Shown here piece after piece: positions 9,581 to 19,267 of a stretch of DNA of 64,000 nt. The number at the start of each line of letters is the position of its first letter. Position 1 is the stretch's first letter. The DNA is from Nitrospirota bacterium. Its GTDB lineage: Bacteria; Nitrospirota; Leptospirillia; Leptospirillales; Leptospirillaceae. The notes below the pieces were generated by a model that worked only from the letters and a program-made list of their open reading frames with translations, was not told where the DNA came from and did not search any database. The translations under genes and the position numbers were made by a program. The stretch spans positions 21,355 through 85,354 of the forward strand of contig JAJZXW010000041.1 of NCBI GenBank assembly GCA_021806225.1, written 5' to 3'.

Positions 9581-10459
9581 TCACGCTTCCGGATGTTCGA
9601 GGAGGTCGAGCAGAAATTTCCGGAATTCTGGTCCAAGCTCGGGGTTCTTGAGTCCGAATCGAACGGTAGCTCTCAAAAATCCGCCCTTGTCTCCCGTATC
9701 GTATCTCCGCCCCTCAATCTTGACGGCATATACGGGGCGATGAGCAGCAAGCGTGACCAGAGCGTCGGTCAGCTGAATCTCCCCCCCCACTCCCGGAGTC
9801 TGATTTTCAAGAATCGAAAAGATGTCCGGCGTCAGCACATATCGCCCGATCACCGCCCAACGGCTCGGGGCCTCCTCCATCCGGGGCTTTTCCACAAGGG
9901 ATTCCACGCGAAAGAGCCCGTCCCGAATCTCTTGTCCACGAATGATCCCATAATGTGAGACTTCGGCGGGGGGCACCTCCTGAACGCCGATCACGGGAGC
10001 ATCGAATTCCCGGGCCACATCGAGAAGCTGGGCCAGGGCGGGCTCTTTGGCATCGATCACTTCGTCTGCCAAGGCCACGGCGAAGGGCTCATCTCCGACA
10101 AGATTTCTGGCACAAAGAACGGCGTGTCCAAGGCCCAGGGACTCCTTCTGCCGGGTATAGACGACCTCCGCCATGAAGGAGATCCGCCGAACATCCGCCA
10201 GCAGTTTCAGCTTTCCCTTTTCGCGCAGGACATCCTCAAGTTCGTAGGAGATGTCGAAATGGTCTTCGATCGCCCGTTTTCCCCGACCGGTGACCATGAT
10301 GATCTGCCCGACTCCCGAAGCCACTGCCTCCTCGACCGTATATTGGACAACCGGTTTGTCCACGAGGGGAAGCATTTCCTTGGGGGAAGCCTTGGTCATC
10401 GGCAGAAAGCGGGTGCCGTGGCCTGCGAGGGGGAACACTGCCTTTCTGAGCTCTTTCAT
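9581..10459 (-). CDS. galU: UTP--glucose-1-phosphate uridylyltransferase
   Basis: 292 aa. The N-terminal KAVFPLAGHGTRFLPMTKASPKEMLPLVDKP motif and VEKP motif are present. Confidence 0.9.
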   Translation of the reverse strand: MKELRKAVFPLAGHGTRFLPMTKASPKEMLPLVDKPVVQYTVEEAVASGVGQIIMVTGRGKRAIEDHFDISYELEDVLREKGKLKLLADVRRISFMAEVVYTRQKESLGLGHAVLCARNLVGDEPFAVALADEVIDAKEPALAQLLDVAREFDAPVIGVQEVPPAEVSHYGIIRGQEIRDGLFRVESLVEKPRMEEAPSRWAVIGRYVLTPDIFSILENQTPGVGGEIQLTDALVTLAAHRPVYAVKIEGRRYDTGDKGGFLRATVRFGLKNPELGPEFRKFLLDLLEHPEA

Positions 10460-11067
10460 TCATCGTCCCCTTTCTTCTTTTTCAATTCCTTCAATATCTT
10501 TGGAAGAATATCGCCGAGAGCCTGCTCCGTCTCCTCTTCGGTCAATAGTCCTGAAATAATGAAGTCGGCCCGGGACAATCTCTCGACCCGGCTCATCTGA
10601 GAGTTGATCCGTTGGTTCGCCTCTTCCACGCTAAGCCCGGAACGACGCAAAAGCCTTTCCTCCTGAATCTCTGGGGGGACGTCAACGACGATCACCGCAT
10701 CCATCTCCGATTCCAGCCCCTTCTCGAACAGAAGAGGAACCTCGTAGACGAGCAGGGGAGCCTCCGCGTTAAGCGCTTTTTGTCGGAGAAATTCGGCGCG
10801 GACCCTCGGATGGATGATTCCTTCAAGCTTGCGCCGCTTGACAGGATCCGAATAGATTATCCGGGCCAGAGCGGGGCGATCTATTTCCCCGCGAAGCAGG
10901 ACCTCCGGAAAAGCGCGAATCACCGCATCAAATCCCTCCGTCCCTCTACGGACCACATCCCTGGCGAGCTGATCAGCATCGACCACGGGAACCCCGCGTT
11001 GTCTCAGCAAGGCGCCGATAAAGGACTTTCCCGAGGCAATCCCCCCCGTGAGACCGACGACGATCAC
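10456..11067 (-). CDS. coaE: Dephospho-CoA kinase
   Basis: 203 aa with P-loop GLTGGIASGKS. Its stop overlaps the galU start by 4 nt. Confidence 0.9.
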   Translation of the reverse strand: MIVVGLTGGIASGKSFIGALLRQRGVPVVDADQLARDVVRRGTEGFDAVIRAFPEVLLRGEIDRPALARIIYSDPVKRRKLEGIIHPRVRAEFLRQKALNAEAPLLVYEVPLLFEKGLESEMDAVIVVDVPPEIQEERLLRRSGLSVEEANQRINSQMSRVERLSRADFIISGLLTEEETEQALGDILPKILKELKKKKGDDE

Positions 11068-11498
11068 GCGGGAGACTCCCTTTCCTCATCCCGTGATTTC
11101 CGGACCTTATCGAAATAGCGACGAGCCGCCTGCCCTTCGATTCCGATCATCATCGCGGCAAAGACCAGTCCCCCTACCTCGAAAAGGTGAGGTTTAAGAA
11201 GAGGGTCCCCCGTCGGATCCATGAGAACGAGCAGTAAGCGCAAAGCCCCCCCTCCTCCCATCAGGACGGCCGCGGTAAAGAGAAATCCCGCCGACCGGGA
11301 TGAGAGCCTGCGAGCGGTAAAGCTCCACATGACGAGGACAAGAAGGAGCAACAGCATCGCCCCTTCGACGGAGACGAGAATGGGTCGGCGCAATGAGGCC
11401 GGGAGGTCAAGGAACCTGTTGCCGAGCCAGTATTCGTCGAGCAGGCCCGGTATGGCGAAGATCAGAATCGTCAATCTTGTCCGAAAGGGCATCGTCAC
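11064..11498 (-). CDS. Hypothetical integral membrane protein
   Basis: 144 aa with about 4 hydrophobic helices. It overlaps both neighbours by 4 nt on the same strand. Confidence 0.5.
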   Translation of the reverse strand: MTMPFRTRLTILIFAIPGLLDEYWLGNRFLDLPASLRRPILVSVEGAMLLLLLVLVMWSFTARRLSSRSAGFLFTAAVLMGGGGALRLLLVLMDPTGDPLLKPHLFEVGGLVFAAMMIGIEGQAARRYFDKVRKSRDEERESPA

Positions 11499-12196
11499 GG
11501 GGTCTTGGCTCCAGGAGTAGGGGTGGACGAAGACGGAGTTGAGGGCATAGCCGTTGACAGATGGGGACGTCCGGATGTTCCTGGCTTGATGAGTCCGGCC
11601 TTCTCCTTTTTCGCCCTGTCGATGATCTGCTGGAAGAAGGGACGCTGGGGGGTCTTCGGATCGAGCGTGAGCCCCTTTTCGAAGTAGGGCATGGCGTCCA
11701 TGGCCGTTCCCCGCGTCCAGAGAATAGACCCCAGGGCAAAGTATGCCGGGGCGAGATTCGGGTCGAGGGCGATCGCCTTTTTAAGCTCCGCAACCGAACC
11801 GTCCACTTGCTTCACCACCCTATAGAGCATGCCCAGCTTGTAGTGTGCCAACCCGAAGTTCGGATAGCGGGCTACGACAGCCTTGTAGTCATCCAGGGCC
11901 TCCTTGTAGTGGCCGGTTGCCAAAGCATTGTCTCCGGCGGTGAAGGGATAGGCGATGACGACAGGTTCTGCCTTCTTGTAAAAGTAGGTCATGTAGGCGA
12001 CGGCATACACGGCAAACACACCCCAACCGATCTTCGCCCAGAATCGAATCTTCGGCTCCTGGATCGTTCCCCGGGATCTCCGGAGAACATAGGACGTTCC
12101 CACGGCGGCAAAGGCGAAGGCCACAAGAATCGCCGCGAGCGACATTCCAAGAAGAGGAAGATTCATGTTGTCGAGAATCGGTCGGGTATTCATCAA
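11495..12196 (-). CDS. Membrane-anchored TPR-repeat protein
   Basis: 233 aa with two N-terminal TM helices. TPR-like repeats follow (ALATGHYKEALDDYKAVVARYPNFGLAHYKLGMLY...AIALDPNLAPAYFALG). Confidence 0.65.
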   Translation of the reverse strand: MMNTRPILDNMNLPLLGMSLAAILVAFAFAAVGTSYVLRRSRGTIQEPKIRFWAKIGWGVFAVYAVAYMTYFYKKAEPVVIAYPFTAGDNALATGHYKEALDDYKAVVARYPNFGLAHYKLGMLYRVVKQVDGSVAELKKAIALDPNLAPAYFALGSILWTRGTAMDAMPYFEKGLTLDPKTPQRPFFQQIIDRAKKEKAGLIKPGTSGRPHLSTAMPSTPSSSTPTPGAKTP

Positions 12197-12214
12197 CTCA
12201 CTCCTTTGAAGAAA

Positions 12215-14716
12215 TCAGACGGGATGGGCTTCCACCCAATCCCGGCCCGTCCCGAGACGGACTGTAAGGGGAACAGAGAGAGCCACCGCTCCCTCCATGC
12301 ATTCCCGGACTGCCGCTGAAACCGCCTCGATCTCCCCGACAGGGAGCTCGAGCAGAAGCTCATCGTGGACCTGGATCAACAAACGGGACCTGGCCCCCAT
12401 TTTCGCCAGACGACGGTCAAGATCGACCATGGCCTTCTTGATGAGATCGGCAGCCGATCCCTGGAGCACAGAGTTTACCGCCATCCTCTCCCCGTACTCC
12501 CGAATCCTGCGATTATCGGACAGGATTTCGGGAATGGGGCGTATCCGTCCCAGGATGGTCGAAATCCGGCCCGTTTTTTCGGCCTCCTTCCGGATCTTTT
12601 CGAAATAGGGTCCCACTTCGGAAAAAACACTGAAATATCGATCGATGATTTCCTGGGCTTCGGCGGGTTCGATACCGAGGTCCTGAGAAAGACTGTACGA
12701 GGACATGCCGTAGAGAATCCCGAAGTTGAAAGTTTTGGCCCGTCTCCGCGTTTCGGGCGTTACCGGCTCTCCAAACAGGAGAAGCGCTGTTCGGGAATGA
12801 ATATCCTGTTGTTCCGCAAATGCCTGCAGCAGAAAAGGGTCCTGACTCAAATGGGCCAGAAGCCGGAGCTCGATTTGGGAGTAGTCGGCCGAGAGGAGCA
12901 CGGAACCCTCCGGAGAGACGAAACACCTCCGGATCAGAAGGCCCAGATCGGTCTTTGCAGGAATGTTCTGGAGGTTCGGTCCGGAAGAAGATAGGCGCCC
13001 TGTCGCCGCGACTGTCTGGTTGAACTGTCCGTGAAGGCGATGGTCGGGGCCGGTTCCTTCCTCCATGGGCGTGAGATAGGTCGACAGGAATTTTCTTAGT
13101 TGCCGGTATTCCAGAATGAGTCCGGGGAGCGGGTGAAGCGGGACAAGTGTCTGCAGGGTCTCCTCGTCGGTGGAAGGAGCGCCGCCCTTCTTCCCGGTCT
13201 TGCGGGGGGCCGGAAGACCCAACTTTCCGAACAGGACCTCTCCCACCTGTTTTGGAGACAGAATGGCGAAGGGACCACCCGCCGCCTGGTAGATCTCGTT
13301 CTCGAGCCCCCCGATCCGCCCTTCGATGGTGCGCCGGACCTCATCGATCCGGCCGCGACTCACCATGATGCCCGCCTGTTCCATCCTGACAAGGACTCGG
13401 GCCACCGGAATTTCAATGTTTGTCAGAAGAGAGCCAAGGGCGAATGCATCAATTTCACGTTCAAGCTTCCCAAGAACGGCGAAGACGAGGGAGGCTCTCC
13501 CTTCTGGACTCTCTGGGTTTCCAGCGACGAAAAGCTGGTCCCTGAGCGCAGTCAGGCTATAATCGCGGCGTCCGGGGTCCAACAGATAGCCCGCAAGCTC
13601 CATATCGAATGTCGGGAGGGGGTCGTCACACAAATGGGGGCATTTCCGGAGAAGCCCTGTCAGACTCGATGTCCAGATGGAACCACCGGACCTGAAGACA
13701 TCCTTCCCGGTCCGGCAGAGTTCCTCCGAGGATTCGTTCCAACTCCAGATCCGCCCGTTCCATATCCCGTTCCCCCACTCCGGGTCGTGAAGGACACCTT
13801 GAGAAGAAGGAGGGGGAACCGGGTCGGAGGTCGATGGAAGGTCAGCGACTTTCCCCATTTTCAAGGCCTGTTTGCCCTTCCATTCGAGGATCCGTGCAAG
13901 TAGAGTCGCTGTTTCGAGCGATTCGGCCAGATCGCGGAGATCGCTTTCATGAGGCGAACCGATCGCCATTGCCTCCGGAGAGGCGTCCGCCTCAAGACCT
14001 TCATGAAGAATGGTCACGCTCTTGTTCCTGAGGATCAGATCCCGATATTCGATGATTTTAGGTCTGAGTCGCTCGGGAAAGACTGTCTCGGGACGCGTCA
14101 CCAGGTCTTCGACATGGAGTCCTCCGGAAAGAAGGGCCGCCGCCGTTTTCGGTCCGATCCCGGGAACGCCTCCGATATTGTCAACAGTGTCGCCGGTCAA
14201 CGCCAAAAGATCGGAAATCTGATTTGGCTCCACTCCCCATTTTTCCCTGACCTCGCGGGGGCCAAAGAGCTTCTGGAGCATGGGATCATAAACCTGTAGA
14301 CGATCGGACACGAGTGCCAGCAGATCCTTGTCGGTGGAAAGAACGAGGACGCGGGAATCCGGCTGCTCGAGAAGCCAGCGTCTGGCCAGGGCCGCAATGG
14401 TGTCGTCGGCCTCGTATCCGTCGACCCAGATGAGCGGAATCCCGAGTCCCCGGATCAGGGATTCAATGAAAGGAATCTGGCGGACAAGGTCGTCTGGAGG
14501 CGGTGTCCGGTTGGCCTTTATCTCCGGAAGAATTTCCGTACGGACATTTCCGGCCCGGCTCTCGAATACAATGGCGAGGTATCGGGGCCCGAACTGATTG
14601 AGGAGGGACAGAAGCATGTTTCCGAAAACCGTGAAGGCTCCCGTAGGAACCCCGGATCGGGAGACAAAGTTGACCCGACTGTAATAGGCCCTGAAAATGT
14701 AGCCGAATCCGTCCAA
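12215..14716 (-). CDS. polA: DNA polymerase I (start uncertain, see findings)
   Basis: 833-aa ORF with a 5'-nuclease N-terminus (LILLDGFGYIFRAYY). Family A polymerase motifs are present (DYSQIELRLLAH, RRAKTFNFGILYG, QVHDELLLE). The listed TTG start lies inside the conserved LLDG motif. Confidence 0.9.
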   Translation of the reverse strand: MDGFGYIFRAYYSRVNFVSRSGVPTGAFTVFGNMLLSLLNQFGPRYLAIVFESRAGNVRTEILPEIKANRTPPPDDLVRQIPFIESLIRGLGIPLIWVDGYEADDTIAALARRWLLEQPDSRVLVLSTDKDLLALVSDRLQVYDPMLQKLFGPREVREKWGVEPNQISDLLALTGDTVDNIGGVPGIGPKTAAALLSGGLHVEDLVTRPETVFPERLRPKIIEYRDLILRNKSVTILHEGLEADASPEAMAIGSPHESDLRDLAESLETATLLARILEWKGKQALKMGKVADLPSTSDPVPPPSSQGVLHDPEWGNGIWNGRIWSWNESSEELCRTGKDVFRSGGSIWTSSLTGLLRKCPHLCDDPLPTFDMELAGYLLDPGRRDYSLTALRDQLFVAGNPESPEGRASLVFAVLGKLEREIDAFALGSLLTNIEIPVARVLVRMEQAGIMVSRGRIDEVRRTIEGRIGGLENEIYQAAGGPFAILSPKQVGEVLFGKLGLPAPRKTGKKGGAPSTDEETLQTLVPLHPLPGLILEYRQLRKFLSTYLTPMEEGTGPDHRLHGQFNQTVAATGRLSSSGPNLQNIPAKTDLGLLIRRCFVSPEGSVLLSADYSQIELRLLAHLSQDPFLLQAFAEQQDIHSRTALLLFGEPVTPETRRRAKTFNFGILYGMSSYSLSQDLGIEPAEAQEIIDRYFSVFSEVGPYFEKIRKEAEKTGRISTILGRIRPIPEILSDNRRIREYGERMAVNSVLQGSAADLIKKAMVDLDRRLAKMGARSRLLIQVHDELLLELPVGEIEAVSAAVRECMEGAVALSVPLTVRLGTGRDWVEAHPV

Positions 14717-14875
14717 AAGAATGAGTGTGCGCTCGGGAAGAGAGCGCGCCCATTCGGGGGGGGCCGGCTTGCCTTTGGTCTTTTGAAGGGCAGCCGTGGC
14801 GACAATCCTTTCATTTAAAGATCCGGCGGAGGCGGATGGAACGTGGAGAGCCCCTTCCGGTGAAAGGGGCCCCCT

Positions 14876-15808
14876 TCAGGGAACCAGCTTAGGAGAGACG
14901 GTTGTCCGCCACTCCGGATGGCGTGGAGTATTGCCTCGTGCGATATCGAAGAACAGGGACTGAAGACGCTGGGTCAATGGTCCCGGTTTGCCGGCCCCGA
15001 TCGGTCTGTCGTCGATTTCCCGGATCGGAGTCAGTTCGGCGGCCGTTCCCGTGAAGAAAGCCTCGTCCGCAAGGTAGAGGTCGTCTCTGGTCAGGGACTC
15101 TTCGGCCACGGGGATCCCCTCCTCCCTAGCCAGGGTCATCACGGAGTGGCGCGTTATTCCATCCAGGACTGACCGGAGGGGTGGGGTCTTTAGGACTCCT
15201 TTTTTGACGATGAAGATGTTTTCACCCGGCCCTTCGGCCACCATTCCGTCGCTATCGAGGAGGATCGCCTCGTCGTAACCGGCTCCCTTGACCTCCCATT
15301 TGGCCAGTTGGGAGTTCACGTAATGGGCGGACACTTTTGCGCGCGCAAGAAAATTGTTCACCCCAAACCGAGCGTAGGAGCTCACCTTGGCCCGAATCCC
15401 CCGGGAAAGCCCCTCCTCTCCGAGGTAGGTCCCCCACTCCCATGCCGCAATGGAAAGACGCACGGGGTTCTTGCGGGCGTAAATTCCCATGTCCCCGTAT
15501 CCGATAAAAATGATCGGACGGATATAGCAGGACTCGAGCCCGTTTTCCGATACAACCCGGCAGGTCGCGTCCATCACCTCCTTTAGTGACAAGGAAGAGG
15601 ACATCTGCATCACCCTCGCCGAGTTCAGCAGCCGCTCAGTGTGTTCCTCAAGGCGAAAAATATATGTCCCCCCCTCCCCCTTGTAGGCCCGAACCCCTTC
15701 AAAAACCGCCATTCCGTAATGAAGAGAGTGTGTCAGCACATGGACATTGGCTTCCTGCCAGGGAACCATTTTGTCGTCCATCCAGATCCAGCGGCTTTCC
15801 TTCAGCAT
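14876..15808 (-). CDS. ilvE: Branched-chain amino acid aminotransferase
   Basis: 310 aa with the class IV aminotransferase pattern (HSLHYGMAVFEGVRAY, GYDEAILLD, DEAFFTGTAAELTPI). Confidence 0.9.
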   Translation of the reverse strand: MLKESRWIWMDDKMVPWQEANVHVLTHSLHYGMAVFEGVRAYKGEGGTYIFRLEEHTERLLNSARVMQMSSSLSLKEVMDATCRVVSENGLESCYIRPIIFIGYGDMGIYARKNPVRLSIAAWEWGTYLGEEGLSRGIRAKVSSYARFGVNNFLARAKVSAHYVNSQLAKWEVKGAGYDEAILLDSDGMVAEGPGENIFIVKKGVLKTPPLRSVLDGITRHSVMTLAREEGIPVAEESLTRDDLYLADEAFFTGTAAELTPIREIDDRPIGAGKPGPLTQRLQSLFFDIARGNTPRHPEWRTTVSPKLVP

Positions 15809-15844
15809 GCGGACTCCTCGGGGTTAAAAACAAGGGGGCGATGA

Positions 15845-16576
15845 TCATTCCTCGCCCCGAAAGATCTCCAGGAGTCTCAGAAGACTCACAAAGAGATTGA
15901 AAACATCCAGATAGAGGGAGACCACCGCCATGACGGGAGTCAATTCCTCCTCGGTTGACTCGAGGATACGGCTTGTATCGAAGAGAATCAGTCCCGAAAA
16001 GAGAAGGGAGGCAAGACCCGAAACCACCGCCTGAAAAAGGGGCGGGTGGAAAAAGATCTGCACGACGGAGAGGATGACCACGATGATCAGTCCCGTGAAG
16101 AGGAAGCTCCCCATGAAGGAAAAGCTTTTCCCGGAAACGATGGCGTAAAGGGTCAGGGCGAAAAAGATCGCCATCGTGAGGAAAAGGGCGTCCGAAACGA
16201 TCGCGGCCCCTCCCGGCGAGCGAAGAATGGCAAAAAGAAGGGGGCCCAGCGAGGCGCCCATCAGAGCGGCGAAGAAAGCGGTCACAACCAGGTTGACCCC
16301 GGGCACCTTCTGGACGGCCATTAGCAGGAAAAGAGTTCCGAACATGGCGATCGCCAGGATGATGGGATGGGGTCCGACCAGCCGGAGACCGTTCCCCATT
16401 CCCCATAGAGCCCCTGCACCGGAGGCCAGAAACATGAAGGCCAGCAGGCCGTACACCTTCATCATGAAGCGGTTGAGCGAGGCGGCCGTTCGTCTTCCCT
16501 CGACAACGGGGCCAGTAAACATGACGGGTTCCATGAAAACTCCTTTCATATGGTCTCCCGGACCGGGAGACGCCAA
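15845..16576 (-). CDS. Bax-inhibitor-1/YccA family membrane protein
   Basis: 243 aa with about 7 TM helices. The N-terminus (LNRFMMKVYGLLAFMF) and C-terminus (AVVSLYLDVFNLFVSLLRLL) are typical of the BI-1 family. Confidence 0.8.
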   Translation of the reverse strand: MASPGPGDHMKGVFMEPVMFTGPVVEGRRTAASLNRFMMKVYGLLAFMFLASGAGALWGMGNGLRLVGPHPIILAIAMFGTLFLLMAVQKVPGVNLVVTAFFAALMGASLGPLLFAILRSPGGAAIVSDALFLTMAIFFALTLYAIVSGKSFSFMGSFLFTGLIIVVILSVVQIFFHPPLFQAVVSGLASLLFSGLILFDTSRILESTEEELTPVMAVVSLYLDVFNLFVSLLRLLEIFRGEE

Positions 16577-16834
16577 CGCGGCAGATCCGAAGACTCGAAA
16601 CCGGGCAAGATCCCTCCTTTCGAGAAATCCCTACCCGGCACTCTTGTCTCACAAATTATACTTCCATCTTAAAGCCGGCGACCTCCAAAATCAAGAAAGC
16701 GCCTCGCCGCATACATTTTTGAGAAGCTTGCCGGTCCGTTGGACAACTCATCCCCACCATGATAATATTTAAGTCATTATAATCAAATAATAATTAAACA
16801 TTTTTTCCATTTTAGGAGATGTTTTATAAGGTTT

Positions 16835-17170
16835 ATGGCCGGATCAAACCCAATGCACTCTGGAGAGCCCATGGCCCTGACAAAGAGATTACGGATCCCA
16901 GCCGGAAGATTCGCCCTAGCAATGATCATTCTCTCTCTCGGCGCATGTGGGGGGGGCGCCATGCCGGGCTATGGACCTGCCTATGTTCCGGAGTGCACCT
17001 GTTGCTGCGGAGGAGGATTCACTCCCTATGCCTACAAGCAGAGCAACCACTCTTCGATCGCAGGTCCACCTGTGGCCACTACCATGCTCCATGATACGAA
17101 AGGTCCGATGGCCGACATCTCGGCCAACGGAAGGACTCAGAAAAAGCAGGGGAAGAGCTCCCGACATTGA
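16835..17170 (+). CDS. Small Cys-rich lipoprotein (hypothetical)
   Basis: 111-aa ORF. The likely start is the internal Met of MALTKRLR..., with lipobox LSLGAC. The mature part carries ECTCCCGGG. GGAG lies upstream. Confidence 0.45.
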   Translation: MAGSNPMHSGEPMALTKRLRIPAGRFALAMIILSLGACGGGAMPGYGPAYVPECTCCCGGGFTPYAYKQSNHSSIAGPPVATTMLHDTKGPMADISANGRTQKKQGKSSRH

Positions 17171-17257
17171 CAGCCCTTTCCTCTTTCTTCCCGATGCGAA
17201 AGAGGAAAGGGTCTGTCTCCCGATGACGGCGCACAGCGCTTCGATGAAAAAACACAC

Positions 17258-17728
17258 TTGACCCGGGAGGTTCCCGTGAACAAACGCAAGATGGCACGTT
17301 TCCTCATGACAGCAACAATCCCGCTGGCCCTTTTCCTCACGACCGCAGGATGCACATCGACAGGGGCAATCGGTCTTCTCTCGAGCAGTGAAACGGAGGC
17401 CGACCTGGGCCCCCACGATTCCCATAAATTCCACAGGGTCGGAAGCCAGATCGAAGGAACGGCCTGCCGTCATTTCATTCTCGGGCTGATTCCCTGGGGA
17501 GACTCGGATGTCGAAACAGCATTGAAACACGCCTTCAATAAAAATCCGTCTCTCCAGGCCGACGGGCTGATCCATGTCACCACAGCGACTTCTCTTTACA
17601 ACTTTTTTCCACTGTACAATGTCTACACCCTGACCTGCACAACGGTTCGGGGAATCCCCGTCCGCTTTGACCATTCGCCCGAAGGAAAAAAGGGAACAGC
17701 CAAGCTGAAGCCTCTCCCCCCCTCCTGA
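17258..17728 (+). CDS. TRL-like family lipoprotein
   Basis: 156 aa with lipobox LTTAGC. The pattern G.A..HFILGLIPWGDSDVETA...VTTATSLYNFFPLYNVYT..V.G resembles the TRL-like lipoprotein family. Confidence 0.5.
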   Translation: MTREVPVNKRKMARFLMTATIPLALFLTTAGCTSTGAIGLLSSSETEADLGPHDSHKFHRVGSQIEGTACRHFILGLIPWGDSDVETALKHAFNKNPSLQADGLIHVTTATSLYNFFPLYNVYTLTCTTVRGIPVRFDHSPEGKKGTAKLKPLPPS

Positions 17729-17829
17729 GGGATGACCCTCGTCCCATATCCGGCTTCAGAAAGTCATTGTCCCATGCTAGAATTTTCCGTGAATCGGAGA
17801 ATGGGTCTGTATTCGGGGGATACTTTGAC

Positions 17830-18738
17830 GTGACAAATGACCAACTGAGGATCTTTCTCAAGGTCGCTGAGAATCAGAGCTTCACGCAGGCCGGCGAGGT
17901 CCTTTTTCTGACACAGCCCGCCATCAGCCTCCAGATCAAGACCCTGGAAAAGGATCTGGGGGTGTCCCTCTTCGAGCGGACCGGTAAGAAGGTTCTCCTG
18001 ACAGAGGCAGGCCGGCGGCTTCTCCCGCTCGCCCTCTCCATCACAAGACAGATGGACGAGGCCAGGGCCACAGTGCTTCCTTGCGCGGGAGGGACACAGG
18101 GCCATCTCAGGCTGGGCGCCTCGATGACGATAGGAACCTATCTCCTTCCCCCGATCCTGGCAGATTATCGCCGCTCCCACCCCCGGATCACGGGAAGCCT
18201 CGCGGTGAGAAACACCCATCAGATTCTCCACGACCTCAAGACCTCGGAGATCGACCTCGGGCTGATCGAAGGAGAACCGACCAAGACGCAGGGGTTGTCC
18301 CTTGAACGATCCTTTCTCCAGCACGACCGTCTGGTACTCATTGATTCGGTCTCATTCCCCAGAATCGAAAAAACGGAAACCATCCCCCTCGTCGACCTCG
18401 AAAATCTTCCGGCTATAGGTCGCGAACCTGGATCCGGAACCCGGCAGATCATCGAAAAAGAATTGATCGAAAAAGGGTTCTCTCCGGATTTTTTCCAAGT
18501 GGTCATGACCGTCGACAACCCCGAAGCCATCAAGGATCTGGTCGCTCTCGGAACCGGCATCGCCTTCATCTCCGCCCTGTCGATCCGACCGGAGGACTCT
18601 GGCAGGATCCGGACCGTCCCGGTGGAGGATTTTCAGCCGGTGAGAGATCTTTGGGTTTTTATCCCCCGGAGAAAACTTTCTTCGGCAGCCGACTCTTTTC
18701 TGGAAACACTCTACAGGACAGCGAGGAATCAGTCGTAA
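17830..18738 (+). CDS. LysR-family transcriptional regulator
   Basis: The ORF track starts at TTG 17767. The in-frame GTG at 17830 gives the canonical LysR N-terminus (VTNDQLRIFLKVAENQSFTQAGEVLFLTQPAISLQIKTLEKDLG). A substrate-binding domain follows. Confidence 0.8.
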   Translation: MTNDQLRIFLKVAENQSFTQAGEVLFLTQPAISLQIKTLEKDLGVSLFERTGKKVLLTEAGRRLLPLALSITRQMDEARATVLPCAGGTQGHLRLGASMTIGTYLLPPILADYRRSHPRITGSLAVRNTHQILHDLKTSEIDLGLIEGEPTKTQGLSLERSFLQHDRLVLIDSVSFPRIEKTETIPLVDLENLPAIGREPGSGTRQIIEKELIEKGFSPDFFQVVMTVDNPEAIKDLVALGTGIAFISALSIRPEDSGRIRTVPVEDFQPVRDLWVFIPRRKLSSAADSFLETLYRTARNQS

Positions 18739-19084
18739 ATCCGGCTCCGCAGGAAAATGTGTAGGCCAAACCGGGGATAGGAAAGGCTCCGTATGATTGA
18801 TACAAAGCCATTTCCTTAACTTTGAAGATCCGAAATCCTTAGGCTTTTCTCGCGGTCAATTTCGCTTTCGTATATCCGCTACCCAATTTTTCGGAAAGAG
18901 GGGCACATAGAATACTTAAGAAAATGTCGATCCTTGCTCTTGTCGCATCGAGCTGAACTAAGGTTTGCCAAGGGTGGACCCTTATGTTCGGAAGGCTCCA
19001 CTCCCTCTTGCCAGAAACTGGAAGAAGGCGCTTGTCTTAATGGAAAAACCTGGGGTTCTGTACCGTTGGTCCTGGAAGGAAATA

Positions 19085-19267
19085 ATGTCGAGTCAACAGG
19101 GCAAGAAGAACGACGGCAAAAACGACACCCGCAAGAAAAAGGAAAAAACAGATCCGCCCAAACATCAATCTAAAGCCGAGAGGATTTTCCCCTTCCATCG
19201 AGGCATCCCCTTTCCCGACCCATCCTTCATTCCTGATCCGGAATTAAATACAGGACAGCCTTTCTGA
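19085..19267 (+). CDS. Possible small basic protein (60 aa), very uncertain
   Basis: ATG at 19085 is preceded by GGAAGGA at good spacing. The product (MSSQQGKKNDGKNDTRKKKEK...) is low-complexity, and a competing antisense small ORF exists (see findings). Confidence 0.2.
   Translation: MSSQQGKKNDGKNDTRKKKEKTDPPKHQSKAERIFPFHRGIPFPDPSFIPDPELNTGQPF

Noticed and set aside
15699-16652. 317-aa minus-strand ORF overlapping the BI-1 family gene in another frame
   Set aside because: Its composition is Arg/Gly/Pro-rich and it would also overlap ilvE. The 243-aa frame gives a coherent 7-TM BI-1 protein.
16741-16834. Fur-like hexamers (ATGATAAT, CATTATAATC) upstream of the Cys-rich lipoprotein gene
   Set aside because: Only isolated half-sites occur in a generally AT-rich stretch. 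No full 19-mer or 7-1-7 arrangement could be aligned.
19061-19090. SRP (4.5S) RNA-like motif GGTCCTGGAAGGAAA
   Set aside because: It resembles the GGUCCGGAAGGAAGCAGCC domain IV core only over the GGAAGGAA part. The flanking conserved AGCAGCC and complementary helix strands are absent.
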